DNA of 64,000 nucleotides, filler included, from Sphacelaria rigidula (taxonomy: Eukaryota), in NCBI GenBank assembly GCA_964200075.2. It is 4 parts of 4 records of this genome, joined end to end, with 100 filler letters (N's around TTAATTAATTAA, not from the genome) between each part and the next. Parts side by side here need not be neighbours in the genome. Positions count along the whole stretch, not along the records: positions 48,260 to 64,000 come from CAXNAA020001617.1; 3 more parts are not named here. The stretch is one strand, 5' to 3'. Positions 52,501 through 64,000 of this stretch are shown here, in pieces; within the stretch, counting starts at the first letter, position 1; the number at the start of each line of letters is the position of its first letter. A program made the translations under genes and the position numbers. The notes under the pieces are model-generated. The model searched no databases, had not been told where the DNA came from, and saw nothing but the letters and a program-made list of their open reading frames with translations.

Positions 52501-53150
52501 ACCCGGCAGAGACGTCCGCGCCTTCATGGAGTCCCACAACCGCGCATACGGATCAATCCCAAGATCCTGAAGCGTCGGCAACCCCAAAATAATGACGCCA
52601 TCCGACCCCGGCATGATCGCAAACGAGATCGTAGGCAACGGCACCGGCCCCCAGGAAGTCGTGAAAGCCAGCTGCAGCGGACTAGTACGCTTCGTGACGG
52701 AAGCATTCTGACCCGACGCGGTGACGACCTGCCGCGCCCCGAGCGAAAACGGGATGCGCAGGGGCACACCCGTGAGAAGATGCTCCAACATCTCAACAAT
52801 CTGCATCGACAGACTCACACGACTCGTGAAGTGGGCGCCAGAATATAAAACAGTCCGAGCCACAATGGCTCCACACTCCCGTTGATTTGGAAGACATAAC
52901 TCCGCAGGAACGTATTTGTCCGCAAACTCCACTGGGACTTCATCCGCCGACCGATGCGCCGCTAATCCCACTTGAGGTCATGGCTACGCAAGCTGCGCAA
53001 GCTGCGCAGGCAAAGACGCCCCGGCAGGTTCATACGGCACCGCCGGCGGGTACGACCCCCAGCCAGCAGACCAAACATTTGGCGAAAATCCGTCCAGCGC
53101 ATCATCAGGCGTCGTGCCTGACGCTGCTGCCGGCGTCGCCACTAACTGAG
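49590..53150 (-). mobile_element. Decayed Ty3/Gypsy pol (protease, RT, RNase H, integrase)
   Basis: RTVLYSGA...IILGLPTL, FRLVSDCKAVN, FPDASECHWG...WATIDKEGFAIV...FTDHRNL, CAH...GH...CLHC, WVSDTATHFKN...YSPWFNGTCER and WNGP; many frameshifts. Confidence 0.93.
50357..50437. mobile_element. 81-bp TG...CA insertion with 4-bp TSD and a 52-bp perfect palindrome
   Basis: AGTC|TGAAGGGG...CCGTCACA|AGTC. Removing it and one TSD restores the integrase frame ESTAGSLLDW. Confidence 0.88.
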
Positions 53151-53528
53151 TGATTTTTGACCAACCTAAGAGGCACTATTTCGGGAGACAACGTCTAGTA
53201 CAACGCCCAAGTTAAGTGATTTAAGCTCGAGGAAAATGTGAAAATAGAAAATAATAAATGTGCCACAAATGTTGCGATGCTCATCAACTCCGGCATCGTG
53301 GTGAGGCTTACACATGGTTTTTTGCATTTGGAATGTATGGTGTGTTTCACGTCCAAACAAGAACAGAGTACTTCGGACTTGCTCTCTCCATTCAACAGTG
53401 GATCCTGGAAAATGGGGTCGATCTCAAAAATGAGGTTCAAGTGGCACATCTTTTCTGCAGGGATGACGCGACACAGTTACACAGAGCGAAACCATCTTTC
53501 CCCCAAAATTTTGCAGCAGTGAATCAGT

Positions 53529-55718
53529 TGTGGCTGGGTGCACCGAACGAATGCGGTGTGCACGCGTGTCGATGACGATATCACCAGAGACTAATGCCGA
53601 GATAGCCCCCCCCACAAAAAATGCACCAGAGACCGTCCGATGAACGGGCTTCGATCACACTATTGAGCTCGTTTGCAGTGATTTCGCCCACATGAGAGGA
53701 GTGTAGCAGTCCGAAATCAGCTATAACGCCTAAATGAGTCGCCTTGTGTAGTACGAAACCAGCTCTAACGGCATTGATGATCATCACCTCCGTGCACCTT
53801 TTTGGCCGGTTCGGGGAGGGGCTATCTCGGCAGCAGCCCAGAGAGAGAAGCAACGACAGAGAGGAAGCTCCTCGCCCGTGTCCTTTGTGTGTCCTCGCTC
53901 GATGATCACCAATCGCTCGAGAGACTGGCATAATCGATGTTACCAGCATGTACCCAATTTTGCATGTGCCGGTACGCACGTTAGTACAGTATGTTGCTGC
54001 GCACAGCCCCACAAAGAACAAATGAGCTGCGGAGAGATTTTGTCTCTTCTAGCCTGTGGAGCTCACCACTGCGAAGTTCTCTGTCACTTACATGTCAGCA
54101 AGGGCGATGCTGCGGCAGTAAGAACATATCCAATTTTAACTTGGGGGGTGTTATTCATCGTTGATTTTACCCGACATGTGACCATCTAGGCGCCCGACCA
54201 CAAGAGCGTGCCACAGGACAGTTGGTGTGTATGTGAGAGAGAGAGCAAACACTTGTGGAGACCTTCTCTTGACATGCGGAGTGAAAAAAGATACCCATGG
54301 TGGTGACCTAACTGTTGCTAGCATGGTGCAGAGGGGTGCGGCATGCTGCAATCTGGAGCTTTCGTTGCTCTACTCTACTGACTTCCGTCTGAGGAGATGT
54401 CACCCACCGTAACAAGATGTATGTACCGAATTTTGGAACAGCTCGAGAAACAAAACAATGTGGTTTTATAAACAACGTCCACATGACTGAAATGCCTCTG
54501 GTTACCTGAGGAACTGTGGCTTGGCCGTCCCCCCGCCAGATATGAAAGAACGACGACAGAGGTTTTGCGAGTGCATGTAATACTCATGGGGGAAAAGAAA
54601 GTTTCTCCCGTGTGGAAATCCCCCTTTTCCCACCTGAAAACCGTTTCATGCCCGTTGCTTTCTAATAAGAACGTTAAACTGTCGATTTCTGTTCGGTTCT
54701 GTACTCATCGGCATATGTCAATACCAGCAAAGTTTGGTAGTGCCGTTCGACAGTATCTTCGCAGGTTTGGCCGGACCCAAAGCGGCCACTTCCCCCACGC
54801 GATAGTTCAGTAAGGTACTTAGTACATGCAGCAGCGAGATTGCAGTAATATGCTGGGCTGAACCGACTGCCTCCTACCGTCGTTACTCGAAAGCTGTTCT
54901 CACGCAAGACCTTCCTGGTCAGCGCTTAACGGCGCGGATCAGGAATGCAATGGCAGGTGGTTAATCATAGGACATCCCTATTCCTAACCATACTTCGCCT
55001 CAGCTTAGGATGACTGTCCTCACATATTTATTTCTGCGACAGACACCCCCCAACACACACATCATGCATGGGACCGGGTGACAGCAGAGAAGCTCAGTTA
55101 CAGGATCTCAGCCCCGATTTCGGTCACCCCAGCAAGAGTTAAGTCACCCGCACGAAGTATCTCTTTTCACTCCGCATACCAAGCAGGTCTACACGAGTTT
55201 TTAATTTCTTACACATCCACTCCCCCCAACTGGAATGTGGCAGACTGTGTGTTGTCCTTGTTTTGCAGACGTCGGGTGAAATCAACGACGCAATAGCACC
55301 CCCCAGCTTCCGATTACTAGATCTTACCGCAAACGCGCAGTCGTCCTTGCTCGGATATGCGTGTGAGAGAACACGGAAAACATCACCCTGCTCTTCGGCG
55401 ACGTGTTCTACTGCGCACAGAGGCACTTCCTGTCCAAGCAGAGAAGCAGAGAGAAATCGATTTTTCGATTGGTCAGCGCCACGGACAGGAGACGACAACC
55501 GGGGAATTTTGCAATCTTGTTTTCGCGGCTGTGCTACAATAACCTGCCTGCCGACACATAGCACCTGGGTATGTGCTGGTAATGATGCTAGTCTATGCAG
55601 CGATTGGGAACCTCCGAACAAGGACACACAACGGAGAGCTTCCTCTCCGCTGTTGCTACTCTGGTGATACGGTCATCGACCCGCGTGTGCACGGCATTCA
55701 TTTGGTGCACCTAATCAC
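53529..55718. repeat. Pair of diverged ~0.6-0.9 kb repeats in inverted orientation (53529-~54400 and ~55080-55718)
   Basis: Shared ggtgcacc..a..gaatgc, gagaggaagctc, ggggggtg.tatt..tcgttgattt.acccgac and atgcggagtgaaaa.agatac. Both arms begin TGTG. Confidence 0.7.
53597..53831. mobile_element. ~235-bp MITE inserted in the left arm
   Basis: GCCGAGATAGCCCC...GGGGCTATCTCGGC; absent from the right arm. Confidence 0.75.
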
Positions 55719-55719
55719 A

Positions 55720-58700
55720 CCGGCGTGACTGTAACAAAAACTCTGCTTGCGAAAAAGCTTTCCCGTGGTGATACTCTTCGGCGTGAATTCTCGATTTTTC
55801 GAAGGCGAGGTGAACCCCATTTTAGTGTTCGACCCCAAAATTTAGAATCGGCTGTTGATTGAGGTTGCATGGTGCCTAGGACTGAAGCGTGTGCATTAGT
55901 CGTCAGCCCACCAATGCCGAATGCCGATTTGTGGCTCAGTGGAAGTGGCGTGTAGAGTCCGCTATAACTGTTCCTGCTAATGAAATATACACTGCATGTC
56001 TTCGGTGGGATCCGTGATACGTCCCAAGACGGATTCACCGATGGGGTTACTCGGTATGAGCAACCGGGACAAGAAGTCGGCGTTTGCGGTTTAGGGTCCT
56101 GTTTTGGTATCTCAACGAGAAACTGTCAGAGGACAGGATTTCGAACCAACGTTGTACCCGCGCGTTGTGTTCCGCCATTTCGGCGAGGTTGTCAAAATAC
56201 TTATGATCTGTCTATATCACAAACGGAATGCCACACCACTACTGACGGAGTCGTCACACACCCCGAACAACTGTGCCGGCCTCTTGCTCCATGACCGACA
56301 TATTCTGTCCGTTTGGGAAGGCGGTTCAACTCAAGTATACAATGGGGCGAACACTACTATCTTTTTACTCTTGTTCTAACGTGCAGCCGAACCCAATGTT
56401 TGAAGAATTTGTGGGAAGTCGGAACGGAGATGAACCATTTTCAGCGACTGACTAGTCTGGGAAAACCAGAATCGGTGGCCGTGAGAGATCGTCAAACAGT
56501 CGACGTACAGTTTTTTCCCATGTGCGACGTAAACACGAAATCCACCCTTTTTTTCAGAAGGGTTGTAAGGGGTTCGAGAATTTGAGCTAGGTTCGGCAAA
56601 ATACTGACGGTAGTAGCTCAGACTACCAATCAAGGAGCGCAGTTGAGAAACATTCCGTGGCATGGGCATATCGGCAAGTGCGGTGACCTTGTTTAGGTTT
56701 GGGCTACGACCTTCAGGGGTGATGCAATGACCTAGAAACTCGATACGAGTCGCGCCATTACGGAATTTGAAGGGGGCAAGTATAATGTATCGAAGCATGC
56801 GGAGGAGGTGAGAGGGATGGATTGCCGACCTTCATGAACAAGTACTACGGTCTGTTCAAAAGCCCACACCACCGTGCGATACATCGGGTTTGGGCAATTC
56901 GACCAAGTACTATCCAGTAAGAGCGGGGGATCCGTCTCGTCTTACACAAGGTTTACATTTATGAATTGGGATTCGTGAGAAACACGGGTGGCCACTGGAG
57001 TGCCTGTAACCTAAGATTTGGACGTTCCAGACATTACGCAACGCCTGTAACGTCCGAATTTGAGGTTACAGGCACCCCAGTGGCCACCCGTGAAGGGAAG
57101 CTACGTTTTTGTCAACATGATACAGTCGGAGAGCGTAAGCTGTTTGTGTTGGGTTATCGGCATAGGCATGAGTCCCGAATCTGTGTTATGGTGCCCCAAT
57201 ATCAATTTGACTAGGGCGGTTCAAAGTAGGAGTGTCCGACGTATACGTATGTGTAGAGAAACCTAGCCAACTATCACAAGTCTCACTGATTGATCAACCG
57301 TAAGGGAAATGGAGGTACCAAACCCGCCAAAAACACGAAGGGAAATGGTAGAAAGGAAGTGCTTGTCCGCTGCCCCAGCGTTGATCATTTGTTGCCAACA
57401 GCTGGCTGTGAAAAACGTTTTAGGCGAGCCTGAGTCGGGCGGTGCAAGAGCCATCAAATGGCATGTTGCACGCACTCCACTATGTACACCTATTTGGGTC
57501 GTAAAAAGGAGGCATCTCCCATAATTGTAGTTCCGCTGACTAGATCCGGTCCAAATTCTGGAGAAACATATGTCGACAAACCGTGTTTGTGGCTGTGAGC
57601 AGCGGTGCTAAAATACACGCCCTGGTAATCCTTTGGGACAAGATTTCGGTCAGAAGGTTGGTCGAGGCACGGAGTGTCTTTTGCGGTTGTGAGTTGATGC
57701 GTCGAGTAGTGAATTTCGTACACTGTAAGGGATGAACGATGCCTGGGAAGGGCCATGATCGTGGATGGACGCAGCAACTGGTTTGCTTGGGCTAGGATAC
57801 TGTACCTCTGTCGACCGCAATATGCGACGAAGCTTCAATTTGTGAAACTGGAGGGGTTAAAGCATCCGGCACGGGCAAATGAGGGGGTGATTCGTCGAGG
57901 GGCGCAGTTGGTGTGGCTATACCATTCAGCTAGCGTCAGTTGGGGCCAACGTTGGTACAATAGGGGACGAGTGCTCCGGGATGGACGGCTCGTCAGTCGT
58001 AAGACTATGTTTTTTTTGTGAAGAAGACACAGACGGAGGGTTTTCATGACAGGGAGACGAACACCCAATTTGAAGCGAGGTTTCTGTCCCAAGAGATGAC
58101 AACGCTATTTTGGTGGTGGGATTCTAACATAGTGTGTGGGGGGTCGGCAGGGGTCGGTATTGACCTGTTCGAAATCTGGGGAATACCGTCCTGAACGACG
58201 GAAAAGCCTTCGTCTACTGAAGTCCACACCCGTGCACCATCTCGGTGGGCGGGTGCAATTGCGCCATCAGGGATATCTACATGGTCATCCGGAGGAGCCC
58301 GCCGAGGGTCACGCCTATGGCGCACCAAGGGTTCGGCGGCTCCAGGGGCTACTGAAAAGTGTTCACAGACAGTCCGTCTGTGGTTACGCTCATGGCACTC
58401 CACCGGAGCTGTGACGTGGGGTTCCGTTCCAGCCCGCTGAGCGACGGAAAGCCAGGATTCGTGACGGTTGCGCTCCGTGGACGAAAAATTACGCTCACCA
58501 AATCAAGGGTAATCGGGCACCGACGCAATCTCGTTCGTGGGTGCAGCGGGGGTCGGCTTGCCACCAGCATTTTGGGGACCTGGTGTGTGGCATTATGTTT
58601 GGTATCCTACGATGAACGGTCGCAGGGGTAACAGCTAATGCACCAAAAGGTGTACCTACTTTGGATGCGGAGCAATGCTCTTGTAGGGGTGCATTTTTTG

Positions 58701-59650
58701 CGCAAAATCTTGTCTGGTTCAGGGACTCCTAACGATTCTAGATGCACAAGAATATGGGTCAGGGCACCCCCGTTTGCAAATTCATTCCGGACATCCCTAG
58801 CACATTGAAATAGTAATCCTGGCACACTCTTACAAATTTCATAAGCCGTGTTTTGGATGAGATCGAGGGCTCCTAATAATTATAACCTCAGAAAATATTT
58901 GTGCACTCATACCGTAGCACCACCCTCGTTAGGGGTTACGCTACATGACTGCCGATCCCGCAAGGAGAAATGATCCAACTGACTATGAATACTACCACTT
59001 TGGGATAGAACTGAGTGATTAGATCAAGAATTAAAGCGCTGGGATGGTCGCGGCTCAATCGGGAGTCATGCAATGGTGCATGGGATTCTGCTGCCATAGA
59101 ACTAATCATGACAGTCTGATCATACCCAGTACACCGGCACCAAAAACCTGAACCCGTGCCGGCCGACACCGATTCAATTTTGAGACGTGCGTGGACTGGC
59201 TGAGCCTAAAAAAAGAGTAGGGCACTCCCGCGGCGTTTTGCCTGCCGTCGTTGATTCCCGATCGATTGTGCCCGTGGCCGACAATTAAGGAATGAACGAG
59301 AGGTGGAAACAAGACGGGCGAAAAACATGACGGGAAAACACCAGGTTCGATACTTTTCCAGGACATTGTCAAGTGGCGCATGTAGCATCAGTGGAGGGAC
59401 AGAAATTCAACTGGCGGGGCTCAGCCGCTGTGCTAGGTCCAATTGAGCCGAAAGCGTTAGCGGTCCGGGCCCGAAAATACGACTGATTGCACTGTTGAGA
59501 TTGCTGTGATCACTACCGCAGTTCCAATATCGAATCGGGGGCGGTTGTCTGAACCGCGCGAGTCGCGAAATTGAGGGCGACGGTATGAACGCATACGCGT
59601 TTGCCAGGTATGCCAACATTATGAGGAGTTGGTTCGAAGAAACAACGGTG
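55720..59650 (-). mobile_element. Decayed Ty3/Gypsy element of a second family (RT/RNase H clear, upstream extent uncertain)
   Basis: IEFLGHCITPEGRSPNLNKVTALADMPMPRNVSQLRSLIGSLSYYR, GFGCTLEQE...VRPIVYLS and TDHK...HNARVQRWFE...NADFLSRL. Confidence 0.75.
56983..57092. mobile_element. 110-bp hairpin MITE with CAC...GTG ends and 2-bp TSD (AA)
   Basis: Near-perfect palindrome; a second copy lies at 59961-60070. Confidence 0.85.
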
Positions 59651-59960
59651 TAAGCATACCGGACGCGTTTGTGAAAGGGTTTTCACAGGTGCGCATCAAA
59701 AATATGGGTACGCAACCGTCTGTGTAATACCTAATATGTTCATCGAACCAGATGCCACAACATTGCCACGTGCCCTTACTGGGGCGGAGCAGGTCAGTCC
59801 GAACGAGGGGGTCGGCGTCACGGGTCCACATCGGTGTTTTCGGACTTTTTCGTGGACGTTCTGACTTCATGTGTTTACGACCAAGTTTCTGGTGCGAACA
59901 GCCATGGAGGGAATCGACTAGTACACACGTCGGGGGTTGGTACCATTGCGGGACACATGA

Positions 59961-60070
59961 CACAAGTGGCCACTGGGGTGCCTGTAACCTCAAATTTGGA
60001 CGTTACAGACCTTGTGCAACGTCTGTAACGTCCAAATTTGAGGTTACAGGCACCCCAGCGGCCATTCGTG
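59961..60070. mobile_element. 110-bp hairpin MITE with CAC...GTG ends and 2-bp TSD (GA)
   Basis: Same family as 56983-57092. Confidence 0.85.
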
Positions 60071-61514
60071 GACCTCAACGACAGACTTGCTCCATGTGAT
60101 CCATTTCAGCCAGCAAGACGGACAGTAGAATGCATCCGCGCTGCTGAAAATTGAGTTATTAAGGGCAAGAAAGTACGAAAACGTCACGAGGCATGCAGCT
60201 TCGCGCACACCGCACATCCATCCGGCCTGTCACCTAGTTAATGAGATGCTGGTGAGGTAAATTTAGGAATTGATAAGTAAAGGCGGGGATTGAAAGAAAC
60301 TTCAGAGAAAAAAAATGGGCAGTTTGGGTCGGACAACACAATCAAAAGAGCGCCTGGCTAGAGTGGCTGTTTATATGAACTACTGTACAGAGATGTTGAA
60401 GTTTCAATCATGCCGCCATAAAATGGTACTGTACTCGCGAGGCCTAGCGAATAGCGACGCCAACTCGCCAAGTCCTGTTTTGAGGACTTGAGAAGGTTTT
60501 GAAAACTTAAAAAACAACAACTAGCGCGATTCACAACGGCACGTAGGCAATATCTCGACACCCGTTCCCATGGTGTAGCAGTGTAAGGTCACGTGTACTG
60601 TGCAGGACAATTATTAAGGTTTTCATAGTACAAACAGTATCAAGTCCGGCAGCACGCGACGTCGTAAAAGCACAATCGAAAATATACACCGGGCATGACG
60701 GCTTTTGTAGTCGAACAGTGCTATATTTCAGTTCGGACACCAATACCGCCTAGCTTTTCTGCAACACAGAACAGTACAGACTGTATGCTTCAAGGTGCAG
60801 CATGTATGTACTGCAGACTATGGCTGTTCCGCTTGTGAAACGACTATATAATGCAACTTCAGTGTACATGGCGTTGTGTTGTGTCGAAGGCGAAACGGAA
60901 AAGTATTGATCTAGTACAGCATAGGTCTCGGTATGTGTGGAAAATACTCAACAACACAATCCGAGCTCGGCAGCTTGAACCAACCCCGCTGTCGAAAACA
61001 AATGGGGGTACGGGAGCGGGGGGTCAGGGTCGACACGGCAAAGTACATTTACAGTGTATAGAGTATGTAGCCGAATAATACCAAGCCGTAGGTTTCAGTA
61101 TAATCGCATGCATGATTAAACAGTGGCAGGGGACAGGGGATCCTGGATTGATGGGCCATATCTGTGTGGCCCCTCGCTGCCGGCTCGTGATGTGGTCTGT
61201 AGAGGATCACTCCGTAATACTAACAAGTTAGGAGAAAGGACTTGTCGAGCACGAGGCCAGTGCTACTGGAGGAGTCCCGCGTTGATAGTCCTCTTGTCCA
61301 GATCGTCTGGCAGAGGCTATAATATTTGGGTATTATTCTTGTGGCACTCTGTTAGAGAGTTTTAGCTGAGGAGAACGTGGGCTGCAGCTGGAGCCAGTTT
61401 AGCCCGCAGACAGAGAGACAACTTGGAGTGCACAGCAGTGGGGGACGCTCCGTGGACTGGAGGACGCACAAGTCAGGCAAGAGTCTCTCAGTGAAGTGTT
61501 GAATTCTAGTCGAC

Positions 61515-63915
61515 ATGGCTCAAGCGGCGGCAGCGCCGCTGGTGTTTGGTGAGATACTGGAGCCCCCCAAGTATAGCGAAGTGTGGGCTGAAGAGGCGTC
61601 AAGAAGGTGTTATGTCGTATATCTCGACTATATAGAAATGCTGGATTTAGCCAATAGTACAGAGGCCATACGGCATGAGAGAGGGAGCATCGGACAACTC
61701 ATGCCTACCTATATTCATCGGTGCTTCGAAGGATCGTTGGGCTATGACTCCCGATGAATTGCTAGACGCTGTGAAGCAGCATGCCGGGTACACTACAACC
61801 GGCGGCAAGCATGACGCTGCGCGGGCTGCAGCAGACCTGCGTAGAGTACTTACTATACCACGAAGCGGTGAATTTCCGTGAAGGATCGTGCGATGATGGT
61901 CAGTTCAGCGATGGAAACGTTTTTCGCAGAAAACCTGACTGTGCAAGCCATGTACCGTGCGGAGGACAGGGGTTGGTTGCCACGCTCCGCCGAGTCGCTT
62001 TCCACAGCTTTGGTGGAAGGGATTTCGCCTCCGGAATTCAAGGCGTATGTTAGAGGTGTACTAACGTGTCTTAATGGCTGGAAAAAGCAGCCGACGGTGG
62101 TGTTCGAAAATGTTTGATGCCGCCCACCAGTGGAAACTCATTGAGGCACATAGCCGGCGCGATTCTGCAACAAGTGCAGGCGGTGCGCGCCGCAAACAGC
62201 AACAGCAACAGAAACAGCAGCCGTCTTCGCGAGCGTCGTCCACTCGCGCGTGTTACAACTGCAGCGACACCGGATATATGATCAAGGACTGTCCCAAGCC
62301 TCGTGCTCAAGGCGCTGCACAGGGCGATGCGCGAGATTCATCAGGATGTCGGGACGGTTGACACGGTGGACAGGGCCGTGCTGACCAGGGACGCGGCCGC
62401 GGCGATCGCGGTAGCAAGCAATCAGCGGCGGATGGTGGTTCCTCCGCTGCTATTTCTTCCACTACGTCATCAGGTGGCGACTCTGGATCTTATGGTTCGT
62501 CTGTAGCGGGGCGGCGGTGTACGTGGAAAATGCAAATACTTCGATGGGAAGTGCTGGAACGAATAGTTTGCAACCCCTCGGCATGTCAGGATCCGTGTCT
62601 GGCGCATCTCCTACTGCTGCGACGGCTGTAACAGCGCCGTCTTCATATTCGGCGACTTGGTCTAGTTGCACCGACGATTCGCAGCTATCGATGTCAAGTG
62701 CTGGAGGGCAGCTCTGGCGTCAGGTGACTCTTGGTACCGACTAGGGTTCCTCGGCAGGCGTGGTACCTGCCGATCGCAAGGCTGAATGCTTACGTGCGGA
62801 TTTATCCTTGCCTGGTTCTGTAGGTTCGTTCATGGCCCGCGTTATTCTAGATTCTGGGTCCGCGCTCACGTCGATCGATGTGGGGTTGCTTGAGCGAATT
62901 TCTCCGCAGTTGGGTGGCGCTCAGCTTCAGATTCCGTTCGAAAACGGAACGCAAACGGCGCAGACCGCCACTGGTGCTCCCGTGACGGTTCCACATAAAA
63001 CGGTGCCGATTACTGTTAGCGTGCGTACGCCGTGGGGGGCTGTGGAGTTGCAGCCCATTACTTTCGCTGTCATGCCCGGTAGGGGGGCAAGGTGCTTCTA
63101 TTTGGAATGGCGACGATGAAGGAGCTCGGGATCGATTTGTACCCGCTGGCGTTGGAAAAGTTGCGCCCGCGTGCTGTGCCGGTGCAAACCGGCGTGGAAA
63201 ATACCAGCTATCTTGCTGCAAGGCGTGTGATCGTATCCATACGGTCATTCCAGAGCGCCAATGAGGAGGAGGCTCCTGCGGATGAAGTGGTGGAGCACTT
63301 GGTCGATCGGGGACCCGACATTGCCTGAGCGCCGATAGCACACATTGTCTGCATGATATTTTGGCTCGTCGCGTGGATACATTTCGCTGTGCGCTACGTG
63401 GTGATCCGCCAGCGCGCGTGGAGCCAATGAGGGAGGCTGTGAAGGCCAAGCCTCGCCGCTACGATCCGGTGAAGACCGTGCGGCTTGCTTCATGCATCGC
63501 AGCTTTGGTGGCGTTTGTTTCGTCGGTTGGGAACATTCGAGCGGTGTGGGCGAGTTCGGCGATGGCGGTGTCGAAGAGGAACACATTCCGTTTTGTCAGC
63601 GACTATCAGGCGGTGAACGCGCAAGTGGAACGGTCTCCGGGGGTGATGCCAAGCCAAGAAGACATGCGGGAGTTGCTGAGAGCCCAACAATATCGGTACG
63701 TCATTGAACACATTCCTGGAGAGCACAATTGTTGGGGAGATTTTTTGTCTCGCTTGGTGAAGGTTCCTACCGTGCCTGTTCGTTCTCTTGCCGTGCACAG
63801 TCCGCGTGATACCAATGATTCACTGCAGTCGTTAGATGTCATTCGTATCGCGCAGCGCAAAACAGTCGGCAACGGTGTTCATTATTTTCCTACGGGTTTC
63901 GGTCTGTGACGAAAA
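61515..63915 (+). mobile_element. Decayed Ty3/Gypsy gag-pol with the RT core and most of RNase H deleted
   Basis: Gag knuckle CYNCSDTGYMIKDCP and protease ARVILDSGS. The RT N-terminus FRFVSDYQAVN...GVMP joins directly to YRYVIEHIPGEHNCWGDFLSR. Related to 49590-53150. Confidence 0.9.
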
Positions 63916-63922
63916 TACGCCG

Positions 63923-64000
63923 TGTGACGCTTAAAGAGACAACCAACTAGACTACTGACCAGCCAGCGCTGACTGGTCAGTAGTCTAGTCGGTTGTCTCT
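63923..64000. mobile_element. Second member of the palindromic TGTGACG family (cut by the window end)
   Basis: tgtgacgcttaaagagacaaccaactagactactgaccagccagcgctgactggtcagtagtctagtcggttgtctct matches the reverse complement of 50357-50437. Confidence 0.85.

Noticed and set aside
49240-53760. Shared peptide LHKATH(I/L)G in ORFs 48881-49285 and 53581-54021
   Set aside because: Both lie inside related short TIR-bounded MITEs, so the match is explained at DNA level.

Overview
Eukaryotic, repeat-dominated DNA, most likely from a brown alga. That assignment is an inference from GT-AG introns, a 10-kb intron, and RTE/RTEX LINE and Ty3/Gypsy families that resemble Ectocarpus-type elements as I recall them. 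The window is four unrelated ~16-kb scaffolds joined by artificial N44-TTAATTAATTAA-N44 linkers (1-15989, 16090-32076, 32177-48159, 48260-64000), so adjacency across linkers means nothing. Piece 1 holds diverged tandem units, one with spliced UBA and OTU-like exons, plus an RTEX-like LINE and a hairpin element. Piece 2 is almost entirely one minus-strand structure. Two ~6-kb direct repeats start at the same point, and one copy lies directly after a polypurine tract, which suggests giant LTRs. Between them lie older paralogous modules, a 30-unit 40-42 bp minisatellite, and a pol remnant in which a protease fragment is joined to chromo-like and Tudor-like domains. Piece 3 holds the only clearly intact host gene, a 3-exon 130-aa MYND zinc-finger gene whose 10.4-kb intron contains a TIR-bounded Tc1/mariner element and nested LINEs. 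Piece 4 holds three decayed Gypsy elements, several palindromic MITEs and an 81-bp palindromic TG...CA insertion with a 4-bp TSD. No rRNA, tRNA or CRISPR was found. All alignments and identities were judged by eye; no database search was run.
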